NCBI GenBank assembly: GCA_965261595.1
Contig: CBDHDG010000006.1
Span: forward strand, 1,376,001 to 1,440,000
From: a bacterium
GTDB taxonomy: Bacteria > UBA8248 > JACPRG01 > G963555815
Direction of reading: 5' to 3'
DNA length: 64,000 bases
Notes under the pieces: model-generated
The model's input: the letters and a program-made list of their open reading frames with translations, nothing else
Databases searched by the model: none
Told to the model about the DNA's origin: nothing
Position numbers and translations under genes: made by a program
Part shown: one piece after another, positions 1 through 11,167 of the stretch
How the letters are laid out: the number at the start of each line of letters is the position of its first letter
How positions within the stretch are numbered: position 1 is the stretch's first letter

Positions 1-847
1 CGTTGCCCAGGACCTCCAGGGCGACCTTGCGATTCTTCACGGTCAAAGGCGCCGCCTTCTTCAAGGCGGATATGGCCGCTTCCGGATTCCCGATGCTTGC
101 CAGAACGCTCCGGCTGATCCCCCGGAGAAGACGGCGGACGGTGTCGGGCTTTTCCTTCCGGAACGAATCATTCACGGCGATTCCCTGCGAGAGGACGTTC
201 ACGCCGTAATCCGAGTATTTGAAGAAACCGATCTTGGCCCCTTTCGAGCGGAGGATAGGAACGGAATCCGAGAAATAGGCCGCCGCGAAATGGGCGTCCC
301 GATTGAGCAACGCGGTCATCCGGGCGGCCCCCGTGACCGTCACTATTTGCACCTTGCTCGTGTCCACCCCATTGAGCTTGGCAAAGGCCGGCCAAATCGA
401 TTCGATGGCGCTTCCCGGAACAAACGCAAACTTCTTCCCTTCCAGGCCCTTGGGCGTGTTTATCCCCAAGTCCGCATGGTAGATGATGGACATCGGGCTG
501 GATTGGAAATAGCAATAAACGGCCGTGACCGGCGTGTCCTTCGAGATGAACCTGGCCGCCGTGGCCAGATCGACAAAGGCGACCAAAACCTTCTTGGTGG
601 AAAGGAACTGAAGGTTCTTCACCGAGCCGCGCCCATCCTGTAATTCCAGGTCGAGCCCTTCCGACTTGAAGATTCCCTTTTCAATCCCGAGGATGACCGG
701 GGACACGTTGGGGGTGTAGAGCCAACTCCACTTCAAGGTCACGCTCTCGTTTTTCTGACCCCAACCCGATTGCGGACAAACGAGCAGCAAGATGACCGCC
801 GAAAGGATCGCCCACCTGGAAAAACCCTTCACACGATGATGATTCAT
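1..847 (-). CDS. ABC transporter substrate-binding protein, NMT1/THI5/TauA-like (3' end runs off window)
   Basis: Manual translation from ATG at 847 (RBS AAGGAGG): signal peptide then ESVTLKWSWLYTPNVSPVILGIEKGIFKSEGLDLELQDGRGS; frame stays open to position 1. Not in the ORF track because no stop lies inside the window. Confidence 0.85.
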   Translation of the reverse strand, partial: MNHHRVKGFSRWAILSAVILLLVCPQSGWGQKNESVTLKWSWLYTPNVSPVILGIEKGIFKSEGLDLELQDGRGSVKNLQFLSTKKVLVAFVDLATAARFISKDTPVTAVYCYFQSSPMSIIYHADLGINTPKGLEGKKFAFVPGSAIESIWPAFAKLNGVDTSKVQIVTVTGAARMTALLNRDAHFAAAYFSDSVPILRSKGAKIGFFKYSDYGVNVLSQGIAVNDSFRKEKPDTVRRLLRGISRSVLASIGNPEAAISALKKAAPLTVKNRKVALEVLGN

Positions 848-1001
848 GATTTTCCCTCCTTGCTCACGGATAGTCCTCCCTCCAACGCGGAGTGAAGGCA
901 TGAATCCCAATGGAGCCACCGGACCTTCTCCGATGACCGGTGTGCCACTCCTCTACGCGAAACTCCTGCGTCGCAGGATCGAAACGACCTTTGCGGCCCA
1001 C

Positions 1002-2054
1002 TCAAGACCTTGGGCCATCAATGTCAACCCCGAGCTCCCGCATGAATCGCCTGTAGGCCACGGCGACGGCATCCGGTCCCCGGACGTGGAGCTCCTCGGT
1101 CAGGTCCAACGGCAGCTCCTCGGGCCGCTGGTTCTCGACAATCGGCCTGTCCTGATCGGCGATCAGGTCCATGATTTGGATGCTCCGGGGGATCTCGCCG
1201 TCAATCGCCCCGTCGCGCGACTTGACCGCTTCGTCCTTCACCGTGATCGGGCCGTGGACGATCTCCGGCTCATCGAAGCTGAAGTTCTGCGCCACGATCA
1301 AGAACCGCGTGGTTTCCCTCGCCGAGTGAGGCGTGCACGCGAAGAAAAAGACCCGGGTCCTGTCCTCCGACATCTTCATCCATTGGAGAATGGAGAAAGG
1401 ACGGGTCAGGCGGTAACTGCGGCGATACGGGTCCAGATGAGCGTCATCGATTTCAAATTTTGCCTCGAACCAGAGCTTCTCGTCTTCCCGCCTCACGTCG
1501 ACCTTTGGCGCCAAGGGCCTATCGCGCTCACCCAGAATCCCTTCGTGGATCCATGGAAAATGAGCGAAATCCACAAAGTTTTCGATGGACCTGGCGGCCG
1601 TGCACTGCCACGGCTTTCTCTGGCGGAAATAGATGCGGTAGCTCGGGTCTTCGAGCTCGGGAACGTCGGGGATGGGCGCTCGGGGCTTTTCAGCCAGGCA
1701 GACCCAGATGATCCCGTATCGCTCCGCGGCGGGGTAATGGGTCAGGCAGGCCTTCTTCGGGATGGGATGCTCGGGGGGAATGGACGGGATGCGGATGCAC
1801 TTTCCGTCCGCATCGTAAGCCCAGCCATGATAGGCGCAGACAATCGTCTCACCTTCCACCCACCCCAGGGAGATGGGCGTCCCGCGATGGACGCAAAGGT
1901 CATGGAACGCCCGGACTTCACCGCTTCCAAGCCGGCAGACGACCACGCGCTCGTCCAAGAGCCGGACAGCCAGCGGCCCCTCGTCCACGTCTTCGGAAAG
2001 AGCCACGGGATGCCAATACTCAGCCAAAGATGGCCATAAGGCGCTTTCCCGCAA
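1002..2054 (-). CDS. Rieske non-heme iron oxygenase alpha subunit (VanA-like O/N-demethylase family)
   Basis: Rieske motif DLCVHRG...CAYHGW; mononuclear Fe motif ENFVDFAHFPWIH; C-terminal QDRPIVENQRP. Confidence 0.9.
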   Translation of the reverse strand: MRESALWPSLAEYWHPVALSEDVDEGPLAVRLLDERVVVCRLGSGEVRAFHDLCVHRGTPISLGWVEGETIVCAYHGWAYDADGKCIRIPSIPPEHPIPKKACLTHYPAAERYGIIWVCLAEKPRAPIPDVPELEDPSYRIYFRQRKPWQCTAARSIENFVDFAHFPWIHEGILGERDRPLAPKVDVRREDEKLWFEAKFEIDDAHLDPYRRSYRLTRPFSILQWMKMSEDRTRVFFFACTPHSARETTRFLIVAQNFSFDEPEIVHGPITVKDEAVKSRDGAIDGEIPRSIQIMDLIADQDRPIVENQRPEELPLDLTEELHVRGPDAVAVAYRRFMRELGVDIDGPRS

Positions 2055-2667
2055 AATCCCGCCCCCAAGTTACGATTGAGGCCGCTGAACAGGACAGTGA
2101 TTGATGATAACAGGCCTTGTGTAGGGATTCAATACATATCACACATAAAGGTTGACTGTATGGCATCCATGGATTGACACATTCAATTCCCGGACTCCTG
2201 GGGGGGAGGGGGGGGGCGGGTACTGAGCCCCACCCTTACATTGGTGTGATCGTGAGGGCTTTGGCGAGTATGGGCCGGGCGCGAGTCGGTTGACTCCCGC
2301 ACCGGCCCCCTGTTGCCGGCGCAAGAGCCGTGAGCGGGTTACACGGCCCCACAGATCCTTTGTGAGAAATTCAGGCTGGCACGCGGCGCCTTCCGGTCGA
2401 TGATCGCGAGCGTCCGCGACGCGGCCGGCACCTATCCAACAACCCCGCGCGGAGTCCGCACAAGGGCGAAATCACGAAGACTCCACACCTGCCGGGAAAG
2501 CTCACTGACCGACAGGGGTGGCATGGCCTTACAATGGCGGATACCGCCCAGGCCAGACTTTCCGGCGCCCGAGCTCCTGTTGACAGGTCCGGTGGAGATG
2601 AGTCTAATCGGGCCAAACAGCGCCGAAGCGGCCGGTGCGGATCTGTCCGGATTTGAAGGGGTTGATG

Positions 2668-5019
2668 ATGCGGTGCCCTTCCTGTCACCACGAAAACCGG
2701 GAACAAGCGCTATTCTGTGAGCAATGCGGCGCTCGGCTCGAAAGGTCGTGCTCCCAGTGCGGCAACGCCATCCGGCCGGGGGCGAACTTCTGTGACCGCT
2801 GCGGGGGCTCCATCGATTCTCCCGCACTCGAGGTCTCCGAAGCCTCGACGCTGCGGGAAAGAGCAGAGGCCTTCGCCGGCAGGATCCCCAACTACACCCC
2901 CATGCACCTCGTCGAAGAGGTGCTGACCACGCGCGGCGCCATCGAGGGCGAGCGCAAACAGGTGACTGTCCTGTTCGCGGACGCTTGTGGCTTCACGGGG
3001 ATCTCGGAGGGCCTGGACCCCGAAGTGGTCCACCACATCATGGACAGGTGTTTCGAGATCCTGGCGAAGGAGATCCACCGCTTCGAGGGGACGATCAACC
3101 AATTCACCGGCGACGGCGCGATGGCGCTCTTCGGCGCGCCCATCGCCCGCGAGGACGCGCCCCAGCGCGCCATCCGGGCGGCCCTGACGATTCAAGAGGA
3201 GCTGCGCGCCTTTGGGGACGAGATCCGAAGCGAGCAGGGCGTGAGCTTCCGGATGCGCATCGGCATCAACACGGGCGCCGTGGTGTTGGGCAAAATCGGC
3301 GACGACCTGAGGATGGACTACACGGCGATGGGGGACGCCACGAATCTGGCCGACCGCCTGCAAAGCATCGCCGAGCCGGGCGCGGTGCTGGTGAGCGAAC
3401 ACACCCACCACCTGACGAAGGACTTCTTCGATTTCTCTCCCCTGGGCGCGGTGCAGGTGAAAGGGAGAAACGCCCCGGTTGTCGTCTACCGGGCGCTCCA
3501 GCCCAAAGCCGTGCACTCTCGCTTGGACGCCGCCGCGAGGCGCGGGCTCACGCCTCTTGTGGCCCGGGATGCCGAGATCGAGAACCTGATGGCCGCGTTC
3601 GCCAAGGTGAAAGACGGCCACGGCCAGCTCGTTTCGCTGGTCGGCGAGGCGGGCGTCGGAAAATCCCGCCTGGCGTATGAGTTCAAAGAGCGCCTCCGCG
3701 GTGAGGACATCACCCTTTTCGAGGCCTATTGCCCCTCTTACGGCCAATCCACCCCCTACCTCCCCATGGCGCAGATCATCAAAAAATACTACTGGATCGA
3801 GGAAGGTGATGACGATACCAAGGTTCGGCAGAAAGTGACCTCCGCCTGAAGCCAATGGGTTTCGTGGGGTCACCACGAAGAGTTGGACATCACAAAAAGG
3901 CTTGAGTATGTCATCGCTTACCTCAGCAACATCATCTCTATCCGGGTGAAGGACGACCTCCTCCGGGGCGTCGGCCCGGAGGAGCGCAGGCAACACTCCT
4001 TCGACGGTCTTAAGGCAATGTTCGTCGGCGAGAGCCTGCAGAAGCCCGTCGTGGTCATCCTGGAAGACATCCACTGGATCGACCGCACCTCAGAGCAGTT
4101 CCTCCACTACTTGAGCTCGAGCGTGCCCAAGAACCGGATTATGATTTTGTCCCTCCATCGGCCGGAATACTGGCCCCCTTGGGGGAAGAGCTCCCACCAC
4201 CTGCGCATCCCCGTCGAGCCGCTCTCTCCCGCGGAGGGCGAGGAGATGCTCCAACGCGCGCTGGGGGTCGAAGGGGTGGCCCAGGAGGTGAAGGAGCTTG
4301 TGGGGAGCAAATCCGAAGGGAACCCGTTCTTCCTGGAGGAACTCATCCGGGAGCTGCTGGAGGCCCGTTGGATTCGCGTTGAAGGGGACGTTTGCCGGTT
4401 GGTCGGCCAGGGAGCGAAGGTCCACGTTCCCTCTACCGTGCAGGATGTGATCATGGCCCGCATCGACCGACTGGACGATGCTCCGAAACGGACCCTCCAA
4501 TGGGCCGCCGTCATCGGCCGCGAATTCGCCTTCGCCATCCTGGAGAGGATTGCCGAGCCGGGCTACGAACTGAGCCCGGCGCTCCAGGCCCTCCAGCAGT
4601 CCGAGTTGATCACCGAGAAGAACCTCTTCCCGGAGTTGGAATACATGTTCAAAAACGCCCTCACTCAGAGCGTGGCCTACAACAGCCTCCTGCTCGGACG
4701 ACTCCGTGAACTTCATACCCAGGTTGCCGCCGCCATCGAAGACCTCAAGCGCAACAAACTGGAAGAACACCTTGAGTTTCTGGCCTATCATTACAAGAAC
4801 GGCGACCGGACCGATAAAGCCTTCGAATTCCTGGTCCTGGCCGGTGACAAAGCGATGGAGCTAAGCTCCACGGAAGTGGCCAAAACCTACTTCACCGAGG
4901 CCCTGGCGCTCGCCCCTGACGCGCTCCCCCCGGAGGCCGCTCGATCCCGGGAGCAAGAACTGAGAGCGCGCCTTGAGGAGATCGGCGCCTCGTCTCGCAG
5001 TCATGAGATCACGGATTAG
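2668..5019 (+). pseudogene. Double zinc ribbon + class III adenylate/guanylate cyclase + AAA ATPase protein, interrupted by in-frame TGA at 3847-3849
   Basis: CPSC/CEQC/CSQC/CDRC ribbons, VTVLFAD, FTGDGAMALFGAP, Walker A GEAGVGKS, LEDIHWID, GNPFFLEE. ORFs 2635-3849 and 3883-5019 are in the same frame. Confidence 0.85.
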
Positions 5020-5133
5020 CTCCACATCAACCCCACCAAGTAAAATCAACCTTTTGCAACCTCCTCGCCGCCGCCGGATGCTGGTGTCACCACATTGTCA
5101 CCAATTCCAGCCAAAAAAAACATCCTCAAGCCG

Positions 5134-5280
5134 TTACGCCGCGTCACGGTTCGTCGTCTCAAACAACCCACCGTAATCATCCATCGTGGTCCGGATGCTC
5201 GCGTGCCCCATCATTTCCTGGAGACATTTCGGGTGTCCACCCGCCTCCACCACAAGCGCCGCGTTTGCGGGGGTCCGGCG
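5134..5280 (-). pseudogene. Tyrosine recombinase/phage integrase C-terminal remnant
   Basis: NAALVVEAGGHPKCLQEMMGHASIRTTMDDYGGLF resembles the integrase box II (LGH..I.TT..Y); the N-terminal part is absent. Confidence 0.65.
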
Positions 5281-5315
5281 TTCAAAAAGGCGAGCGCGAT
5301 TGGGTGAGCTCGGCC

Positions 5316-6638
5316 TCAATCACCCTGACCCGTTATCTCTTTCGGGTCGCGGCGAATGTTCGTATATTTCATCTCACGGACGGGATAGCCCATCCGGATC
5401 AGCGAAAGAAGCTCGTGGGTTTCGGGGACCTCCAGCGCGGCGCGGACCTCGGCGCGGACCTCTTCCACCACCATGGTGGAGGTCTGGAATTGCAGGCTCG
5501 CGCCCAGGGAGGTCGCCCGCAGCCAGATGGCTTCCAGGCATGCGCCAACCCCCGTGAGAATTCGCCTGCGGTAAAGATCGTCCGTTGAGAATCGGCCCCC
5601 GGGATCTTCCAGGACTGTCGTCAGGAAGGCTCCGGTGGTCTCGGGCGAAGCCTGAACCTTCTGAATGAATAGGCGTCCCGCCCCAAACCGGAGACCCAAG
5701 GGGGCGAGACCGGAGCTGAGTCCGAGCTTCGCAATCAATCCTTTCAGAGGGCCCAACCCGAAGTGGCGGACCAATTCGCCGTCCCGCCGCTTTTTCCATT
5801 CATCCCGGCTAAACCGCAGCCAGACGCTGATCTCGGCGAGCCGATGGCGATCCGTCATCGCTTTCCGCCAGGCCTTTTCTTGGAGGCCGGTCAACTCGAC
5901 GGTTTTCTCGTCGTCCTCGACGAGCAGCAACTCCACCTCCGCGGCACCGTGAGCCTCAAGGGCCCTGCGGCCGGCCGACAAGATCCGGACGTTATCTTCC
6001 GCCCAGGAATCTCCCCGCCCAAGCGCTTCACGGTCTACGCGACGCAACCGAACACACTCCAGTGCGTCCATGGCGGATTCGGGCTTGGGGGAGGGGCCGG
6101 CCTTTTTCGGCTGAGACTGAAAAGTATTCAGCCGGTATACGGCAGGGCGTGGATCAGCAGAGAAGTCCGCCTGCCCCCCTTGACCGATGATGAACACAAA
6201 ATAAGGATCGAGGTTCACCGCGAATGAGATCGTCCTGGGCCGCCAGGGAGGGTTTCGGGATTCAAAAGGTCCGACAACCCGGCACGCGAGGCCTTGCGCG
6301 GCGGCCGCGACCCGGACATTGAGGACGAGCGCTCCCAGCGCGATGTAAGTTTCCGTCCCCAACGGGTCCGCCACCGGGAGCATCCGATTTCGGTCCATGA
6401 GGCAGAGGATCCAGGCCGGGCCGTCGTCCGGCGCCTTTGGAATCGAGAAAGCCTCGGCAACCTCCTCCTTCCGGATGGAAGAATCCAAGACCCGAAATTG
6501 CCAGGGTTGCACGTTGTACGCGGAGGGGGCCAACCGGGCGGCCTCTAAAATTTCCTTCAACTGGCCTTCCGTCGGCGGCTCTGTCGGCGGCGCCTTCGGC
6601 TCCGCCAGCGCCCTCTCGTTGGCTTCTTCCAAGCGCAT
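5316..6638 (-). CDS. Two-domain nitroreductase family protein (Acg-like)
   Basis: ILEAARLAPSAYNVQPWQF; C-terminal GACLEAIWLRATSLG...LIRMGYP; likely start MRLEEANE at 6638. Confidence 0.8.
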   Translation of the reverse strand: MRLEEANERALAEPKAPPTEPPTEGQLKEILEAARLAPSAYNVQPWQFRVLDSSIRKEEVAEAFSIPKAPDDGPAWILCLMDRNRMLPVADPLGTETYIALGALVLNVRVAAAAQGLACRVVGPFESRNPPWRPRTISFAVNLDPYFVFIIGQGGQADFSADPRPAVYRLNTFQSQPKKAGPSPKPESAMDALECVRLRRVDREALGRGDSWAEDNVRILSAGRRALEAHGAAEVELLLVEDDEKTVELTGLQEKAWRKAMTDRHRLAEISVWLRFSRDEWKKRRDGELVRHFGLGPLKGLIAKLGLSSGLAPLGLRFGAGRLFIQKVQASPETTGAFLTTVLEDPGGRFSTDDLYRRRILTGVGACLEAIWLRATSLGASLQFQTSTMVVEEVRAEVRAALEVPETHELLSLIRMGYPVREMKYTNIRRDPKEITGQGD

Positions 6639-6919
6639 GGGGCGGCCCTTCCTTTTCGGCGGCGAGGATGAACTCAGTCTTCGAGAACCTGAAGGTGAAT
6701 ACGCAATAAAGCGTCGTTGCTTTACAGAACGGATGCCGAGGGCCGCTTCGCTCCCCCGACGCGGCGGCGTTGGATGATATTCGGCAGCGCGCTCTCCTTC
6801 GCCGCCGCCCAAGCAACACGCCGGAGGAATCAAAGAGCGCGATTCACGCCGCCACCAATATACACGGTTGATATGAATCCGTGTGGCGCCGGACCGCGAG
6901 ACCTGACCCCGCGCCCCTC

Positions 6920-7933
6920 TTAGTCGATCAGCTTCTTGGCCAACCAGGGAACTTTAATCTTGCCGGCCCGGATGCCTTTTTCCAATCCTCGGACTTTTTG
7001 CGCGACCTCCGGTGGAACCTTTCGATTGAACGGCGCCAACGTCGCCCCGCCATCCCGCAAGCCGAGCAGGTTCACCGGCTTGACCTTTCCCTTCTGGATG
7101 CCCAGAACGATCGGCTTCAAGGGGGCGTGCCAGCCGTAAACGACACTCGTGATGACCGTATCAGGCGCGGATTTGTTTACGTCCAGGAAGTCCCCCATGG
7201 CGTAACCCCCCCTCTCCTCCGCAGCCTTGATGGCCCCGAACAACATCGGGCTGCCCGTTCCAACAACCACATCCACGCCCTGGTCCATCATGGCGAAGGC
7301 GGCCTCCTTGCCCTTGAAGACATCCGACCAGGAACTGATAAACACGGTCACCACCTTGATATTGGGGACCACCGTACGGGCGCCCAGCTTTTAGGCGTTG
7401 TGTTCGGCATTCTGTTGGGGAATCGGGAAGCCGCCAATGCTGCCGATCTTCTTGGACTTGCTCATCAGGGCGGCCAGGGCGCCGGCCAGGTAAAACGCCT
7501 CGTGGGGCGAGGGCTCGTAGGTCACCATATTCGGGTTCCCGCCCGTCTTGAAGAAATAGGGCACGGCGAATACCGTTTTCGGGAAGCTGGAGGCCACCTT
7601 TAAGGCAGGCTCCCCAAACTCGAAACTGTGTCCGATGATGAGGTCGTATCCGGCAACCGCCCATCGCCGCAGCGTCCGCTCAATGTCGGCGTTCTTGATT
7701 CTCTCATGGAATGTGACCTCCGCCACGCCGGGGTCTTCCTTGAGCTTCATGGCCCCGTCGAACCCCCCTTGGGCCCAACCCAAGTCTTTAATGGGCCCAT
7801 TGAAGGCAATGGCGACGCGGATCTTTTTTTTCGCCTCAGCGGAGGCGGCCATCGGCGCCACCGCCAGCACCGCCGCCAACACGCAACCCAGAACGCATCT
7901 CCAGAGAATTCGCCCGATCATCGCCCTCTCCAT
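6920..7933 (-). pseudogene. BMP family (purine nucleoside) ABC substrate-binding protein with in-frame TAA at 7391-7393
   Basis: Signal peptide, GPIKDLGW, GYDLIIGHSFEF, AFYLAGALAA. Both ORFs share one frame and read NA*KLGARTVVPNIKV across the stop. Confidence 0.85.
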
Positions 7934-8325
7934 TTCTCAGATATTCCGGACACCAGGAATTCCTCTTTCAACGCCTCATGGAGGTCCGCCCGACATCACC
8001 CGGACGACCTCATGAATGAAAACAGTTTAACAAAATTCCGCATTTAATGAAGACCCCAAAAAGCCATTTGCCGTCGAGGGGTTTCTTATAAAAACCTGAA
8101 GGCCCTTAGACCGGCGGCTCCCCCGCCCGATAATGACAATCTCCGCGAACGCTCCGGTGAATCTCCCTTCGGCGGATGCGCGAGGCGACCTGGATAACCC
8201 GACGGAAAGGACGCCGAACGACGCAACGGAACATAAGGATCAATCAATTGCCGCCCTCCTCCCCCGCTCTAGGGTTTTGTTGGACACTCGATTGATCCAT
8301 GATTCATGGAGAAAGGGGTGTCGCG

Positions 8326-8713
8326 ATGAACGAACAAAAGCAAGAGGGGGCTTTGGCGGAGGGCGCCCGCAGGGCGAACGGAGCCAAGGCCCCAGGGCAT
8401 CGCAGTGAGCGGGGTCGGTTCTCCTGCCAGGCGCAAGCGGGAGGCGGTCCTGCGTCTTTTGCGGGGCGAGAGCCTGGAGACGCTCTGCCGCGAGTTGGGC
8501 ACGACAGCGGCTCGGCTTTCCGCCTGGCGCGAGGCGTTCCTTCGCGCGGGCGAGGCGGCGCTCAAAGCCCGCCCGGCGGATGAGCGGGACGAGGAGAACG
8601 CCCGGCTCAAGGCCAAGGTGGGCGAACTCACGATGGAGGGCGAGGTCCTGCGGGAGAAGATCGACCGCCTGGAGGCCGGCCGCCCTTTAGCCGGCAGGAG
8701 GTGGAGGCGATGA
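8326..8713 (+). pseudogene. IS3 transposase OrfA (HTH), frameshifted near 8425
   Basis: Removing one base gives GRFSARRKREAVLRLLRGESLETLCRELG...LKAKVGELTME. Confidence 0.75.
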
Positions 8714-9618
8714 GTCAGGCCCGCTTCACCTCCACGGGCAGAGCCTACGGCCTGAAGCGGGTGTGCGCCCTTTGGGGCTTGGCGCGCTCCACGGTCTACG
8801 CGCAACGGCGGCGAGAGGCGGTCCCCGTTCATGAACGCCCCACGCCCAATAAGCGCGGCCCTGTGGGCCCGTGCACCGATGCGGAACTCCTCGGCCACAT
8901 CCGGCAGGTCCTGGAGGACTCTCCCTTCCATGGCGAGGGCTACCGCAAGGTGTGGGCGAGGCTGCGCTTCGCGGGCATCCGCACCAGCAAGGAGCGGGTG
9001 CGTCGCCTGATGCGGGAGGCGGGGCTTCAGGCCCCTCACCGGGTGGGCAAACCCCGAGGTCCCAAGGCCCACAACGGGACCATCCGCACCGAGCGGCCCG
9101 ACCGAATGTGGGGCACGCACATGACGACGACGGTGACCACCGAGGAGGGGATGGCCTCGGTGTTCGTGGCGGTGGATCACTGCTCGGTGGACTGCGTGGG
9201 GATCCATGCGGCCAAGAGCGGCAACCGCTTCGAGGCCCTGGAGCCGATCCGGCAGGGGGTCGCCGAGCGCTTCGCCGGCTTGGAGGCGGACGTCGCCGAG
9301 GGGCTTAAAGTTCGTCACGACCACGGCCCCGCCTATCTGTCCGATGACTTTCAGCGGGAGATCGCCTACCTGGGCATGACCAGTTCGCCCAGCTTCGTGC
9401 GGGCGCCCGAGGGAAATGGCTACTGTGAGTGGTTCATCCGCATCTTGAAGGAGAATCTCCTGTGGGTGCGCTCTTTCGCCACCGTATAGGAACTGCGGTG
9501 GGCGCTGCTTGAGTTCAAGAACCTGTACAACCATCATTGGATTCTCGAGGGCTACGGCTACCGAACGCCGGCCCAGGCAAGGCAGGAAAAACTCGCTCAA
9601 GTTGCGGAGGCCGCATGA
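8710..9618 (+). pseudogene. IS3 transposase OrfB (rve integrase core), in-frame TAG at 9487-9489
   Basis: GYRKVWARLR, VRHDHGPAY, PEGNG; reading continues after TAG (ELRWALLEFKNLYNHHW...TPAQ); first catalytic Asp appears replaced (WGTHMT). Confidence 0.85.
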
Positions 9619-9679
9619 GGTCGAATACCCTCACCCGAGTGTCCAATAACCCAGGGGCGGTCCAATCCCTTCCCTCCTT

Positions 9680-9709
9680 TTGACATTCCGATCCGCGTTT
9701 GAGTAGAAT
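9680..9709 (+). promoter_or_regulatory. Candidate sigma70 promoter for the thrC-like operon
   Basis: TTGACA-N18-TAGAAT. Confidence 0.5.
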
Positions 9710-9898
9710 GCCCGTCACAATCAGCAGTGAAAAACACGCGCGTGAATTTTCGCATCGCCTCTGATCCATTTCCCAATCCAGTCGGCTCCCGGGATTCACT
9801 GGTGACGCGGGTTCAGGGTCCTCCTTCTGAACATGGAACACGCCCATGCGCGGCTGTCCGGCCGCCCTGGAAAGGCGCCCGCCTCTGAGCAAGGCCGA

Positions 9899-11140
9899 AT
9901 GAAGAAAATCGACCACTTGGCCTGCGTGTCATGCGGCAGGAAATACGACGTTGAAGAAATCCTGTACGTCTGTCCGGACTGCGGTCTGGATAAGGGAACG
10001 CTGGACGTCGTTTACGACTATGATGGAATCCGCTCCCGGTTCAGCCGCGACGACCTGAAGGCCTCCGGCGAGTTCTCTCAATGGCGATATTGGGAAATCC
10101 TCCCGGTGACGCGGCGGGAGTTCGTCCCGCCCCTGCGGATCGGCTGGACGCCGCTCTACCGGGCGGATCGCTTGGAGCGGCAGCTTGGATTGAACCATCT
10201 TTGGCTCAAAGACGACACGTGCAACCCCTCGGCCTCGCTCAAGGATCGGGCGAGCGTCATGGCGGCCGTCCGGGCGCGGGAGCTCGGCCGGGACATCGTG
10301 ACCGGGGCCTCAACGGGAAACGCGGCGACGTCCATGTCGTGCGTTTCAGCCTATATGGGGATCAAACCCTACATCTTCGTCCCCGAAAGGGCCCCCAAGG
10401 CCAAGGTCGCCCAGTTGCTCGTGTACGGCGCCACGGTCATCATGGTCCGGGGGAGCTACGACCAGTGCTTCGGGCTCTGCTGGGAGGCCGGCGAGCGCTG
10501 GGGCTGGTACAGCCGGAACACGGCGATTAACCCCTTCCTGAGCGAAGGGAAGAAGACGGCGGCGCTGGAGATCTGCGAGCAGCTCGACTGGCAGGCGCCG
10601 GACAAGGTGTTCTGCGCGGTGGGCGACGGCTGCATCTTCGGGGGTCTGCACAAAGGGTTCCTGGACTTCCACCGCCTGGGGTTCATCGACAAGGTCCCCC
10701 AGCTCATCGGCGTCCAGGCGGAAGGATCGGGCGTCCTCCTCGAGGCCTTCGAGAAGGGGTGGGAGGAGATTCGGCCGAAGGAGGCCGATACGATCGCCGA
10801 CAGCATCTGCGTCGGCCACCCCCGGGACTGGGTCAAGGGCCTTCGGGCCGCGCGCACGACCGGCGGACGCTACGTCGGCGTCTCGGACGAGGAGATCCTC
10901 GCGGCCCAGCGGCGGATGGCCCGGGCGACGGGGGTCTTCGGCGAGCCGGCCGGCGTGACCGCTTTGGCGGGGGTGATCAAGATGAAGGAAGCGGGCGCGC
11001 TCGACCCGGACGAGCGGATCGTGGCCCTGGTGACCGGACACGGCCTGAAGGACGTCGATTCGGCCATGAAGGCGGTCGAGACCTCCCCCATCATGGTCGA
11101 GCCCGACATCGAGGACATCGCCGCGAAGCTGGAGATGTGA
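9899..11140 (+). CDS. thrC: Threonine synthase-like PLP enzyme (fold type II)
   Basis: N-terminal CxxC...CPDC, NPSASLKDR, ASTGNAA, EGKKT, EPAG; start MKKIDHL at 9899. Confidence 0.85.
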   Translation: MKKIDHLACVSCGRKYDVEEILYVCPDCGLDKGTLDVVYDYDGIRSRFSRDDLKASGEFSQWRYWEILPVTRREFVPPLRIGWTPLYRADRLERQLGLNHLWLKDDTCNPSASLKDRASVMAAVRARELGRDIVTGASTGNAATSMSCVSAYMGIKPYIFVPERAPKAKVAQLLVYGATVIMVRGSYDQCFGLCWEAGERWGWYSRNTAINPFLSEGKKTAALEICEQLDWQAPDKVFCAVGDGCIFGGLHKGFLDFHRLGFIDKVPQLIGVQAEGSGVLLEAFEKGWEEIRPKEADTIADSICVGHPRDWVKGLRAARTTGGRYVGVSDEEILAAQRRMARATGVFGEPAGVTALAGVIKMKEAGALDPDERIVALVTGHGLKDVDSAMKAVETSPIMVEPDIEDIAAKLEM

Positions 11141-11167
11141 GCGGAATCATTCAACCATCCATTGATC

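Larger units (their letters stand above)
8260..9664 (+). mobile_element. IS3 family insertion sequence, defective
   Basis: Terminal IRs GGGTTTTGTTGGACACTCG (8272-8290) and CGAGTGTCCAATAACCCAGGGGCGGTCCA (9636-9664); orfA/orfB layout; left boundary approximate. Confidence 0.85.

Noticed and set aside
846..2039. Long antisense ORFs (e.g. 846-2039, 2710-4074, 17062-18483, 35539-36924, 45952-47211)
   Set aside because: Shadow frames of recognisable genes on the opposite strand, expected at high GC
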